Shown here: positions 46,222 to 60,504 of the stretch, in pieces
How the letters are laid out: each line of letters opens with the position of its first letter
Position numbering within the stretch: the stretch's first letter is position 1
From: the human T2T-CHM13v2.0 reference genome, Homo sapiens
DNA: 64,000 bases
Assembly: GCF_009914755.1 (NCBI RefSeq)
Contig: NC_060934.1
Reading direction: 5' to 3' (one strand)
Notes under the pieces: generated by a model
Database searches by the model: none
Seen by the model: the letters and a program-made list of their open reading frames with translations, nothing else
What the model was told of the DNA's origin: nothing
Made by a program: the position numbers and the translations under genes

Positions 46222-47592
46222 GGAAGGTAGAAATGTAGTTTATAAATGTCCTGCACAGCAAAGAAGCAGGCCAGAGCCTCAGGTAGCAAAGCTTGGACCT
46301 GAATCCTAGCTTTCTAAACATGTAGCGCCTTTGTGGAGTTTTAAAAGAAAAAAAAAAAAACAAGGAGCAAAGATCTTTGAGTTTATGCCTGAGGCTGATA
46401 GCCCGATCTGCATAGTTCATGGAAAAGACTTCATCTTTTTGAGTTAACAATTTAGGGGAAAATGACGACCCACTTCTATTTGGAGAAAGAGCAATAATGT
46501 ATTTGAAAGCCTGTTATAGAATGGAAAAGAGAACAATTCAGAAAGCTATGCTCCCACCATCTATATTCACATATATAGAAAGGCTGCCAAACAAATTACC
46601 AGAGCTGAAAAGAATTTGTGCAATCATTACATTTTCTTAAGGCTAAAAATACACTTTCCCCAGAAACTAAAAATAATAATCAAATAAAGACTTAAAACAG
46701 AGAATCAGAGACCTCAGAGATTGCCCCAGTTGCAGTCAACCTTTAAGTGATGTCAGATTTAAAAGTTTTATTGTTTCATTGCGTTAACTAGAACCAACAG
46801 GTGCTTGCATTTCTCTTTCACTCTCTTTAAGCCTTCCCCACCTTCATATGGAAAGAACGCATAATTTTCTCTAGGCATTCATCAGTAAAGATGAATGAAT
46901 ATTCTATCATCAGATATTAAAATTTAATTTGTGATCCCATCTCTAGCTTGTCACCTCCTCCACAGCTCAGAGCTTATTGAACTTCAGAAACATGAAGTAG
47001 GAATTATTTTTCTCCTCCCTCTGTGATTTCCCTCATTCGGAATCTACTGGGGCTCTTCCAGCATTGGAGCCGGAGGAGTCAAAGGACAGAGGATGAAGGG
47101 TCTTTGTGGGGTGGTGCTGAGGTATCCAGGTGTTGCTGTTTTCTGGGTAGAAATGGCTGCACTGCAGCTCTTCCACCACATAGCTGGAGGTGGCTGCAGG
47201 GCTGTCACCATCCTCTTAGCCACCTATTAGCAAGCCCTACCAATGGGACTTCTCTTTAGAATGTGTTATTCTCAGCTAAAAATTCAAGACCAGAAAAGTC
47301 CCATTTAACATTCCATTACAGCATCATTAAAACTGCCTGTGTGCTGAAGGGAAAACATTGAAGTTGTAGGTGACATGATATAATGATTACAGTATTGTCC
47401 TTAGCATAGAAGATCTGGACCCCAGCCCTGGAATAGTTACTGGCTGCAGTAGCCTGACCAAGTTGATTAATTTATATAGGTCTTAGTTGCTTCATCTGTA
47501 TGATGTGTTTGGTTGGATATAGAGATCTCAAAATTCTTTCTTATATCTAGTATAGTATTTTTCTATGAAATTGGCACTGCAAATATTATATA

Positions 47593-47926
47593 CAATCATG
47601 CCTCACATAAAAATCTTTCGTCAACAATGGACTGCATATGATGATTGTCTCATAAGATTATAATACCATATTTTTACCATACTTTTCTGTGTTTAGATAC
47701 ACAAATACTTACTATCGTGTTACAATTGCTTATAGCATTCGGTACAGTAACCTGCTGTATAGTTTTGTAGCCTAGGAGCAATAGGCTACACTATATAGGC
47801 CAGGTGTGTAGTATGCTACACCATCTAGGTTTGTGTAAGTACACTCTGTAATGTTTGCACAATGATGCAATTGCCCAATGATGCATTTCTCGGAAAGCAT
47901 TTTCTTTGTTAAGCGATATATGACTA
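47593..47926. mobile_element. Tigger3a-like MITE
   Basis: ta|caatcatgc...cataagattataatac...atatgacta|ta; decayed TIRs, TA TSD. Confidence 0.85.
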
Positions 47927-48859
47927 TAATCCCATAGTACTGAGAAATGTCCCAACCCACACAACGAGAGAGCTGCACACAGTATTCTTCTGCCATGTCA
48001 GAATCTATGTCCAGGCAGATGTAAGACACAAACCTATCAAACCTACGGCTCTACACTTCGTGCTGTTTTTTAAAACCTCTCTGCCAAACACATCCCCCTC
48101 TGCTTCCACAAACATCTTTTATCGACATTTTCTTCTCCCATGCTCTGCCGAATTTACATGGGTTTCTACCTAAGACTTTTCAAGAAGTATTATCAAAAGG
48201 TATTCAAGCCAGATTAAGAAAATAAAATTCTCCTATGGACTCAGCCTCTCAGAAAACATAAAACTCTGCAATGCTCAGACACTAGTGCTTTCTGGCTTGA
48301 AATTGTCAGTCAATCCTTTTCCATCTTCCTCAATGTTCAACTCTACTTTTACCCTGCTGTAATTGATTAATTATCAAAGTAGGAAAGGTGGACAGTTTGT
48401 TGACAGATGTTTTTAATTGCTAATTTAAGGAGCTTCATGATAGAAGTAAAAGACTCAAAAAAAAAGATACTAATGGCATTAAGATTGTGCTAGGTAAAGA
48501 CAACGCTTGGGGGAGGTCCCATTTTAGGGGCTTTTCATTAAATTAGACTATAGCTCATGTGGCTAGCTAGATGTGTACCATTCTAGGGGAATACCCACTG
48601 TTAAATCTCAATATTCCTTTGTAGTCAAATAGGTCCCAGAAACACAACGTAAAACTTACCTAGTCACATAGCTTCAGGCTACATTATATACAAAATAAAG
48701 ACAAATATACCCAATACTGTCAAGGGAAGCATTGTGAGCCATAGAGACCAATCCAAACTTCTGATTTAGGAGTTGTGGCTCAGCTGTGTGATTTTGAGTA
48801 ATTCATTTAACTTCTCTGAGCCTCTGTTGCCACCTTCTTCAATTTTCTCATCAATTTAT

Positions 48860-49340
48860 TCAGTTTATCCATTTGTTCCTACACCTTTCTCCATGAAGTG
48901 CATTGACACCTTTGTCAAAATCAATGGACCATAAATTTGAGGCTCTTTCTAGACGTATTCTATTTCATCATCTATTTTATGCCATTGTTGTAATGTCTTC
49001 ATTACCATAGTTTTTCAGACTTGAAATCAAATAGTGCAAGTCCTCCAACTTTATTATGTTGCAAGATTTTTTGGACAATTTTAGGTCCTTTGCATTTCCA
49101 TATAAATTTTAGAATCAGCTTGTCAATGTCTGACCCCAAAATGCTATATTTTGATTGGACTTGTGTTTCATCCATAGATCAATTTAGGGAAAACTGATGC
49201 TGTCAACAATATTGAGATTCCCAATTCATGAACAGCAACATTTTATAGTTTTCAATAAAGCAATCCTGCCCATCTTTTGTTAAATTTATCCCTAAGCATT
49301 TTAAGTTTTATGCCACTGCAAATGATTTTTAAGATTTTAT
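48860..49340 (-). mobile_element. Old L1M ORF2 fragment
   Basis: ggtcctttgcatttccatataaattttagaatcagcttgtcaat. Confidence 0.8.
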
Positions 49341-49393
49341 TGAATTTGCAGCCTTGCTGCTCATGCTTGCACATTTCCATGTCCACAGATTTT

Positions 49394-50097
49394 TGTGACT
49401 GCCCAATGGGTTCACCTTGCCCACTGCCTAGACAGAGCCGATTTATCAAGACAGGAGAATTGCAATAGAGAAAGAGTAATTCACGCAGAGCCAGCTGTGT
49501 GGAAGACCAGAGTTTTATTACTCAAATCAGTCTCCCCGAGCATTCAGGGATCAGAGTTTTTAAAGATAATTTGGCGGGTAGGAGCTTAGGAAGTGGAGAG
49601 TGCTGATTGGTCAGGTTGGAGATAGACTCATAGGGGATCAAAATGAGTTTTTCTTGCCATCTTCTCTTCCTGGGTGGGATGGCAGAGCTGGAGGAGCCAG
49701 ATTACCCATCTTGGTGGTGTCAGCTGATCCATCCAGTGCAAGTTCTGCAAAATATCTCAGGCACTGATCTTAGGTTTTACAATAGTGATGGTATCCCCAG
49801 GAACAATTCGGGGAGGTTCAGACTCTTGGAGCCATAGGCTGCATGACCCCTAAATTGTAATTTCTAATGCAAAGGCAGACTGGTTCCCAGGAAAGAAGGG
49901 GTCTTTTGGGGAAGGGGCTGTTATCAATTTTGTTCCAGAATCAAACCATGAACAGAATTCCTTCCCAAAGTTAGTTCAGCCTACACCCAGGAATGAACAG
50001 GGACAGCCTAAAGGTTAGAACCAAGATGGAGTCAGTTAGGTCTGATTTCTTTCACTGTCATAATTTCCTCAGTTATAATTTTGCAAAGGCAGTTTCA
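49394..50097 (-). mobile_element. LTR8-family ERV1 solo LTR
   Basis: Reverse complement starts tgaaactgcctttgcaaaattataactgaggaaattatgacagtgaaag. Confidence 0.88.
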
Positions 50098-51790
50098 TTT
50101 ACCCCATCTGGAATGCCCTTCTTCCCACCCCCACATATCAAAACTCACCCATTCTCCAAACTCTGCCTTCTCCTTTATGAGAGCCACCTTCCCTTCCAAA
50201 AGAAAGTAACTGCTCCCATCTCTAAACTTCCACAGCCCACACTTCCCTCTAATACCTCTTACTGCCTGCCTTTATTATGTGCATGTGGTCTCGCCTCCAC
50301 CAGAAATAAATTCTTTGAGGGCAAAGTCTCTACCCCATTTATCTTGTATGTTTCTCCCGGAATCTAGGGCATGGTGGAAATATAATAAATGTTAAGTGAA
50401 AGCAAATTTTTCACCTCCTTAGGTACAGTATATGTGCATATCTGTCCTACCTTTGGGCATAATTCCTTATCCCTGTGTTCTATCAAGCCAACAGCTTTCA
50501 TTTCACCACAAACCCCACAGCCTCAGAGTAGAGCATCCTAACCTTGACAGCAAATATATAACTGCTCTTACTAGACTCTATAAATCCCTTCTCTTTGAGG
50601 TTCTAAATCTTTTTTTGGCTAGAGATATTTAACTAAATTGCTAGTCGTTGTGGCAACATTTGCTGAACTACATTTTTGATAATTTTTAATATCTCCCAAT
50701 ATTTATTGTGATATCTATAAATAGCCGGGTCCATATTTTATTATGGTTAGAAGCACCTACCCTTTGATTTATTACCTTCATGTACTAGATCATCAAATTG
50801 GCTGGAGTTCACGGTGTTGCAAAGTATTGTGCTGTCCTGGAACTCAGGAAGGGAGATGATTGGTAACAGAAACCATCCTTTAAGATGTCATTGATTAATA
50901 CACGGCATCTGTCGGCCATGTGTGCAATGGTCATAATGGGTGATGGGGGACGGAAACGGATCTTCAAATCTCAATGTTTTATCCTATGAGATGGGTGCTG
51001 GGATGATTGTGTCTTCTTTTAAAATGTGATTACTTTGAGAACACAGCTGAAGAAAACACAAAGTAATTCTATTCTGAAATGGAGTCTTAGCCAAGAAACT
51101 TGATTTGGTATCGAGAGTCATTTTCCCAGAGACTGGCTCCCAGATGATCCTCCTCTGTTCACTGGACTATTATGTTTTAAGGGACTGGCTCAGGATGTCA
51201 CAGTGTCTGTCTCCCCTGCCTTTGATACCTGTGGTCTGGAAGGGTGACTGCATCTTCCAAGCTTCTGTAATTTTTAGCCAGGAAGATTCAGGGTTACAGT
51301 GGCCTCATCTGTATAAACAGCTGCAGTGATAGTCACAGAACACCTGAGTGCTTTTATCAGCTTTGTCACTGACCAGCTGTTTCATTGTGGGGAAAACACA
51401 AGATTTTTCTTAAGCCAATTTCTATTCTAGAAGAATTCCCATGCTAGAAATATCTCCTAGAAAGGTATAAAGGTAGTTACAGTATACTATTCCAGCCAAA
51501 TATATTTGATCAGAAGAGGTTTTTTAAAATTAAATGTTGCTTGAGATATCTATTTCTTGGGATATTGGTTTAGGAAACACTAACCTATCCAGTTGCCATG
51601 GCCCAGCAATAGACCTGAGTTATCAGCTACACATATAAGTCATAATATCGATATTCATAAAACAAACTTAAATTATGAAGGGCTCAGCTATTACAGCCTC
51701 AAGGGCCTGGTTACTTATCATTTGGTCTATAGAGCAAAGGGAAGTTCTGTGAATGCCATCCTTTCCAAATATGTTAGAAACTGAAGTTAC

Positions 51791-52161
51791 TGATATGGTT
51801 TGGCTGTAGTTTGGCTGTGTTCTCACCCAAATCTCATCTTGACTTGTAGTTCCCATAATCCCCACATGTCATGAGAGGGACCTAGTGGGAGGTAATTGCA
51901 TCATGGGGGTGGGTTTTCCCATGCTGATCTTGTGATATAAGTTTCATGAGATCTGATGGTTTTATAAAGGGTAGTTCTCCTGCATACTCTCCCTCTTGCC
52001 TGCTGCCATGTAAGATGTGGCTTTGCTCCTCCTTCACCTTCTGCCATGATTGTGAGGCCTCCCCAGCCATGTGGAGCTATGAGTCCATTAAACTTCTTTT
52101 TCTTTATAAATGACCCAGTCTCGGGTATATTTCATTAGCAGCATGAGAATGGACAAACACA
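51791..52161 (+). mobile_element. THE1 (D-like) solo LTR
   Basis: tgatatggtttggctg...gagaatggacaaacaca; perfect 5-bp TSD gttac. Confidence 0.92.
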
Positions 52162-52732
52162 GTTACCACAAGAAAGAGAAAAGCAGAAGAAAAGATAGCA
52201 GGAACTTTTAAAATCATATTTGAAGGAATGAGAGCATGACCACTGATGTATAAGACAATAAAACAGAAGACAGGCCTTGCCAGGATTTAGACAAGCAAAT
52301 GTTTCTCCATCCTCCTCATGCAAGCTCCCTAGGGGACAAAAACCAAAGCTATACTTCTTTGAAGCTGCAGAATGACACAGTGGATGAGACAAGAGCATTA
52401 GATTCAGATGAACCCAGGGGAGAGATGATCTGTGTCTCTTACTGTAGCTGTGTGATACAGGCATGTTTGCGTGTTAGGGAAGTGTGAAAGCAAGCCTCAA
52501 GGCAAAAGAATCACCTAGACCAAGACCTAGAGGATGTGGACAAATTAGCCAAGGGAGGAAAAAGTAGAAGTTGCGGGCAAAAGGCACAACACAGTTGAAG
52601 ACCTGAAAGTAAGAAAGATCATAGCATGTTTGAGACACCGAGATTAGCTCAGCAGGGCAGGAATGCACAGAGGGAGGAAAGTGAGAACAAAGGAAGCTGG
52701 GGGAGAGTCAGAGCTAAGAAAATTGGGCTTCA

Positions 52733-53450
<718 letters not shown>

Positions 53451-53482
53451 GTCCTAACAGTGACAGGTTTCTAAAGTGGAAA

Positions 53483-53490
53483 TGACGTCA
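53483..53490. promoter_or_regulatory. Perfect palindromic CRE motif (function unproven)
   Basis: TGACGTCA with intact CpG, ~30 bp outside the 5' end of the MER57-like LTR. Confidence 0.3.
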
Positions 53491-54282
53491 CTAGGACAGG
53501 ATAAGAGAAAGAAATGGCTCACTTGTCTACATGGACCATTAGACGCAACGCAAAGGAGAAGAAGTCAAGAATGGTGTCCAGTTTTCTGGATTAGGCAACT
53601 GAGTGAATAAAAGCAAAAAGCTGCAATGTAGACAAGGTGTCTAAGAGGCAAAGTTGCAAACAAAGTCCAATATCACTATCTGCTTCCAAAGGAACAGCTG
53701 CTGGTGGCTGTAGTAGCAGAAAGAATTTCAGATAAACAAATCATCTTTTTCAGCCGCATGTAAACAACCATAGCTCAGCAATAACCTTAAATAAGAAAAG
53801 AAATGCTTGCCACAATACTGTATTGAGTGGCATTCAAATTAAATACTTCAGATAATGGGGTCAGGTTGGATCCTTCTAAGAGACTCCAGCCCAGGCCCAG
53901 ACATCTAGAAAATATTTGAAGCATTACCGAATATTTTAGAAGCCAAATGTCTGCTTTGCCTTCTTAGCACAAAAGAGTCTAAGAGCCTGGAAAAGTTCAG
54001 CTTCACCAGCTAGTGTTGCTATACCCAAAGGGTGGAAGTCACTGAAGGTCAAAGAAAAATTGTAGGCACCAACTGTTAGGTTTAGTAATAGTTCAATTAA
54101 GGATGCTGGGAACTTTAAAATAGAACATTGTGTTGGCATCAGTGGTGACTACAATTTCTACAGGGTGTTGCTTTCAATGAGATTTAGGGTCTCTTAAAGA
54201 CTTTGTTAACTTTTTTTTTAATGTGGCCATTTAAACAGTTTTAAGGTTAGGGGCTTAGAAACCCTTCCTTCTTCCTTTGCAG

Positions 54283-54307
54283 AAATTCCAGGTGTGTATT
54301 TCAAGAG
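54283..54307 (+). other. Candidate 25-nt micro-exon
   Basis: cccttccttcttcctttgcag|AAATTCCAGGTGTGTATTTCAAGAG|gtaagt; near-consensus acceptor and donor. Confidence 0.4.
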
Positions 54308-55859
54308 GTAAGTACCTTTGAAAAATGAGAATGAATGTAAAGCCGGCTCACTTCCCATCACTTACATTGCATAAATGTTTTGGGATGAGATCAAATAAAG
54401 CTTGATATATGTGGTTCAGGCAATATGCAGAGCCCCAAAACAATTTCTGAAATATATGGCTTCTCTCTTGTCCTTTGCCCATAATCCTACTGTTATGTTT
54501 CAGCTTTTGATGTTCCTGAGGCTTAGTTATATTTCTTTCTTTATCTCACTAACGGACCTAAGGTGCCACCGGATTTTTACAATGTGGATTCCTTTTATCA
54601 CTAACTCTTATCACGAAGCCACATTCAGGCATCACTCATGTCCTGGTTCTGCATGCTTTCCTCCTCTTCACAGCTGCCATCCACAGTGCCTCCAGCTACT
54701 GTCACATCAAATTACACTAGCTAAATAGAATGAAGAAGAGTCAGTCCCGAGTCAGAACAACTTCGGTAAAGATGCTTGGCTGTATTTAGTGGACATTTAT
54801 TAGGTATCAAGTCACACTGAAGGAAACATTCATTTATATCATGTTTAGCAAATCATTGAAAAACAGACATATATATTTCATTGATTTTTGGAAGAATTAA
54901 ACATGACAGCTTGATGGAAATGCAATATTTAAAAACAATAATATCTGGAGCTTCATACAGTGACTTTTATCCAGTGAGTTTGTAGGTTTCCTTCCCTCAC
55001 CACACATTCCCACGTGCAAGTTGTATCTACTGTCTCCAATCATCAGACTCATGATAAAGAGAATCTAATTGTAGGATATGAAGATATGTAGCTGTTTCCA
55101 GTGCCTCCACAGTAACCTCAATGAAACAATCAACCGTTTAGTAATTCTTGTTCCCTGAAAAACATGAAGCTGGCAATAAATCTACAGGCAGAGGCCAGCT
55201 CTACATTAGCAAAATGAAGCAGAGAATTAAAGTAATTATCTAAAAAATTCATCATGAGCCTGGGGTAGGTAGCTAAATTACTTAAATGAATATTTCAGGG
55301 GGAAAATGCAGTTTTGGAAAAAGGCCTTTGAAGACTCTCTTGGCTCACTGATTGCATGTAAAACAGGAAAGTCATTGTACCAATGACGTCCACGTATAGA
55401 TGGAAGGTATCCCCTACTGGAGCCTTACTTTGAGAGTGCAAAACTGTTCAAAAATGTTACTGTGGTTTAAAATTTTTGCCACTTGGCTTTAAAATCAAAA
55501 GAGATTGAGGAGGACCAAACAATGATTCGTCCACTGGGGATTTAGTCCTATCGACCATTGTTTCCTGGGTTCCACAGAGTGAAGGCTCAAAGAAACTTCT
55601 AGGAGACATTCCTTTCCCTGCGTTCACCTCAAGATCAGCCAAGATCAACACTTACCCCAATTGGCAGAGACAGAGGGAATTTTAAGACTTTCCCAAAGTA
55701 GGCAATTTTTTCCCTTCCTTCAGTGCAAAATAAGCCTTAGAAAGGTTTGTATTGATCTAAGTCTGGTCACTTTGTTCTTATATGCCTGTCTTATAGGAGC
55801 ATCGGTGTCATGCCCTCTGAACTGGTCACAAGGATTCAGGGCAGAGATACAGGCTCTCT

Positions 55860-56025
55860 TTCCAAGCAGGGGACTTCAGATCCTTGGAACTAAAAGTGTG
55901 GACCATGAACCAGCAGCATCAGCATCATCTGGGAGCATGTTGGAAATGCAGAGTGTCAGGCCCCACCAGTCCGCTGCATCAGACTCTGAAAAATCTCCCC
56001 AGGGAATGAACATTTGTGAAGCGCC
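55860..56025. mobile_element. MER5A-like relic
   Basis: ccagcagcatcagcatcatctgggagcatgttggaaatgcaga. Confidence 0.75.
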
Positions 56026-57038
56026 TATCTCCATGACATTGTGGATCTAGGAGAGCAAGGGGTAAAATCTGAGCAAACCTGTAAGGTAGGAGAGAAGAAT
56101 CAATTCTATAGGTTCACAGAGGGCTGAAGAGTCCAGAGATGTGAGATCTGAGAATAAGCAGAATCAATACAAACAGACCAGTCTATGAGATTACAATCCC
56201 AGGGACTTGGGCTTGCTGTTTGATGCTTCCAGCTGAGTGTCTACACCTTGGGATCGCAGGTGTTAATTACGGCCACAAAGGGCCCGGAGACCTAACTGCG
56301 AATCCATCACTTTAAGAGGAATACCTGCATCCCTGTTAATGGTTTCCCAAGACACACATCCCTTCCCCCAAAGGCAGACGCTTCATATGGAGGACAGCAA
56401 GTCCCATGACATTCACTAGGAGCTGGGGGAGCTGGGCAGGAGCAAGTGAAGTGTTAGATGGAAAGCCCCACTTTTAAAAATGTCCTCAATCTCAGCTGAG
56501 CATGATGGAAACATGCTGTTTCCACAGTACATATTGTGTTGGCTTTTATTAGAATGTGTTGTTGCTGCCATTAATTTAATTATTTTATGGATTGATTTTG
56601 CAGAGCTTGCATCCTGAGGCTATACATATTTTTTTAAAGCAGAGAACTCACTTGAGAATGAATGTACATATTGCACATGTGGCTGAAACTCATTTGCTCA
56701 GAAAAGATGGGAAGCAGCTGGCTGGCTTCTTGCACATATACTTAAGGAGCATGCCTAAGTCACATGAATGTCCTCATTACCAAACTGAAGAACTCCAGGA
56801 CCATCTTTCTTTCTTAGTCACATCAATAATGACCATTTATAGAGTGTGCGCCCATCTGAAGCACCATGCTAAGTGCTTTGCATACATTACATCTTAATTC
56901 CGTAAGACACTCAAGTTCCCACTGGGTTCTAGTCTCAGCTTCAAATGGTCCACCATTTACCTTCTCTATATCTCAATTTACCCACCCTTAAAAAGGTGGC
57001 AACTACCTTCTCAAGCTGCATACAAGAGTTGTCTTGAG

Positions 57039-57383
57039 CAGGGGTCCCCATGCTCCAGGACAGGGACCCATACCAGTCCATGGCCTGTTAGGGAACCGGG
57101 CTGCACAGTACGAGGTAAGTGACAGGCTAGCGAGTATTCCCGCCTGAGCTCCACCTCCTGTCAGAGCAGCAGCAGCATTAGATACTCATAGGAGCACAAA
57201 CTGTATTGTGAACTGTGCATGCAAGAGATCTAGGTTGCGCGCTCCTTATGAGAATCTAATCCCTAATTATCAGAGGTGGAATACATTCATCCCAAAACCA
57301 TTTCCCCTCCCCATGCCCCAGTCGATGGAAAAATTGTGTTTCACAAAACCAGTCTCTGGTGCCAAAAAGGCTGGGGACAGCTG
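57039..57383 (+). mobile_element. MER1B-like hAT-Charlie element inserted into a MIR
   Basis: TIRs caggggtcccca / tggggacagctg; 8-bp TSD gtcttgag/gtcgtgag. Confidence 0.9.
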
Positions 57384-58069
57384 GTCGTGAGGATCAAACA
57401 AGAGTGCCCAGGTAGGAGCAGTCTGTGATATAAGGGCTTAATATTCCTGCGGAGCTTTTGTTTTCATCTGGAACTTCTTCTTCATGCACTCCATAAAAAT
57501 TTATGTGTAGGAACAAGAAGCAGTGCTGTTACCTGTGCTGCAAAGCAGGGGGTCTGCTTCAGAGAACTTCCTGCTGCTGCGCTGGCCGACTGCACTAATG
57601 CACATCCCGCTGAGCGACTGCTATCAATAACTACTTCTTCCTGACTTCTCCCCTACTAGTTTGCACTGAGCCAGCCCTCCCATGTTGGGCGACTTGGGCT
57701 CTGGCTTTTCCTCCCTAAACGAATTACACTTTCTTGCTCCTTATTAATCTTGTCATACTTTATATTTAATTCCAATTCTGTCCTTCACACTATTGCCCAC
57801 ACACACCCAAATTGGAGCTGTCAGCAAGTTATCCCTAGAGCCTTACTGGGTCACATCACCCAAATGCCCTCAGGTACTTCCTTTACTTACAAACAGCAAG
57901 GGAGTTTAATTTATTTGAACATTGAGCGTTTGGTGAAGCCTGACTGCACTTTAATGTATCTAATCAACACTTCAAATGCTCTACGATGAAATCCCCGATA
58001 CCAGATAACCAGTCTGGTGGCTTAAATGTCAGTTTCAATATAATGTTCATTAAATAGCATGTCCTCTTC

Positions 58070-58290
58070 ATTAGACCCTATGCCAGGTGTTTTACCTATA
58101 TATAGATATTTAAACCTTATTTTAGCTTTGTGAGATAAATATTAATATCCCAGTTGTAAAGTTAAGGAAACAGAGGCTCAGGAAGGCTAAATCACTTGCC
58201 CAGAGTCGTAGAGCTACTTGGAAAAACTGAAGTTCCAATCCAGGACTCCCAATTCCAAGTCCAAATGCCTTTCCACCATGCCACAGTTCC
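58070..58290 (-). mobile_element. MIR
   Basis: aaggaaacagaggctcaggaaggctaaatcacttgcccaga. Confidence 0.75.
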
Positions 58291-59344
58291 CATTGAGAGC
58301 AATGTGGAAGACACATTTGCAGAACTCTTCAGGGCAAGTGTTATCATTATTACATCCTGGAGCTTGGTAAAGTTGTCTTGAGATGCTTCAAAAGGAATGT
58401 CACTTGCTTGGTCTAGCTGAATACAGAATCTATTTTCCTATCACTAATTACTTCATATTGGTGTAAAACACATGAAGTCCTGACTGCAAAGCCTTATAGT
58501 GCTCATTGAAAATGACTAAGTGTTATTTTAAGTTTGGCAGGAACTAGCACATTTTCACAGCCTGAAAGAATTTTTTGGCCAACAGGTTTTGTTCAGATCC
58601 ACAGTTGTTAACCATTACAGATGCCTAAAAAAAACTAAGATTGGGGTTGTTGAAATATTTAACTGATGTCTGGGGTCAATAGAAACTGAGAATCTTCAGT
58701 TTCTACACTGTCACTAGTGCTCCAAAGTGAAGGAGAAGTTCATTTTCCTTCACCTTTCAAAAAAGATATTTCTGGATATGAATTAAACCTTTGTGATCTA
58801 AAGATGAGTTACGTGTGCTATACCATTCTTCAGGTTTACACTCTTCATCCTGTTGAAGGATTTATCATTTCTGAGAAACCCAAGTTAGTTGTATCATTTA
58901 AAAATGTAACTCAACTACTGCCAACAAAACCAAGAAATAATGTTGACTTTTTAAATTTTTTTTACATAAAAAAAATCTGGAGGCAAGCAATTTAGGGCAT
59001 GGGTGGCAGCTCAACCATCACATCAACAACCTAGGTAACTTTGATCTTTCTACCAACTTTTGTATATGACTTCCATTGTTAATATGATTTTGAGGTTCAT
59101 GATGGCTGCTGGGGCTTCAACCAGTATTTTCACATTTCATGTGGGACAGAGAAGAAAGAGTTCCAGCTTCAGGAGGAACCAAGAATAAATCTTTGTTACC
59201 AGGCAGTAAAAGCTGAGATTCTTACTCAGGAAGAAAGAGTAGATGGATTTTAAACAGTTGACTAAGAGTCTCAGTGAGTTGCCAAGGGATGAAAAATTCC
59301 AAGTCCATTTGGAACCTTCTTAGGTTGGATTACAGGCATGATTC

Positions 59345-59525
59345 ATAAGCTCTTAGAGCTAAAAAACATGAGAGATCAACTAGTCCAACATCTGCATTTT
59401 AAAGTTGAAGAAACTGAGGGCCAGGAAAACCACTGGACTCGGTTAAGACAGCAAAGCCAGTGAGCATCAGAGGTTGGACTGGGAATGAGGTCGCAGTCAT
59501 TCCAACCTAACATGGTTTTGACCAT
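59345..59525 (-). mobile_element. MIR relic
   Basis: cattttaaagttgaagaaactgagggccag. Confidence 0.6.
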
Positions 59526-60504
59526 AGCACATTTCCTTACTAAGCTTGCTTTATAACTGTGACACATCCTTTTGTTGAAGTTTTAGAGTATCTATGCATA
59601 ACATTTCTCTCTTCCCTTCCTGTTGAGAAATAAGAGAAGTCAAACAGATTCTGATCAAATACTGGCTTTATTATTGGTGCAGGCAATTGAACAGTGTTGT
59701 TATCCAGCAGTAACCAAAAAGGCTTCCCTTTGCCCTTCAATCAGGCCAATGTACCCACCCACTCATGGGCAGCACTACCACAGGCCTCTTCCACAAGACA
59801 GCTTCTGTGGGGTGGAGACAGGAGTAGGATACAGAAGGGCACACCAGAATTCATGCCCCTGCAGTAAGACTTGCTCAGAAAGGAATGGACTGGCCTGAGC
59901 ATGTCCTGTCCCTTCTCCCAGTGACAGCAATCTCTTCTCTGCCCTGCAGAGTACATGGGGCAGCAAGGAGAGGCCAGAAGTGGTTCTCTAATGAGTTCTT
60001 CCAAATGAAATTTCCTCTACATAGGGCCAGAGAAAAACCACATCCCCCTTAACACTTAAAATATGTTTATCTTATCTATCATATTTCCTACCATAATATT
60101 TGACACAGATACTTGAACATGGCTTCATTGACTTACTATGAGATTTATTATAAGGGTGGGGTAGACCAGAGTCTGGAAAGTAAAGCACAGAAAGGTTATG
60201 TAGCTTATTCAAAGTCATACAGTAAGTGGGAACAAAACCAAAACCAGGACCCAAGTATCTGGCCCCACTTCCCTGGATACTTTCTCTAAACTTGGCTGTA
60301 TATCTGCAAGTCCTCCTGTTCTGACAAAGCAATCATACCCTAACTAACTGGAGACCATCTGGAGCATTCAGAATAGCTCCAGGTACTTTTGCCAGATTAA
60401 GACTAGTGTCCCTCACAGTGAGAAAAAGTCTTTGAGGGTAAAGAATACTCAAGCCTTATGAAACTTGCTGGTGGGCTAGAGGAATAACTCAATCAATCAA
60501 GAAA

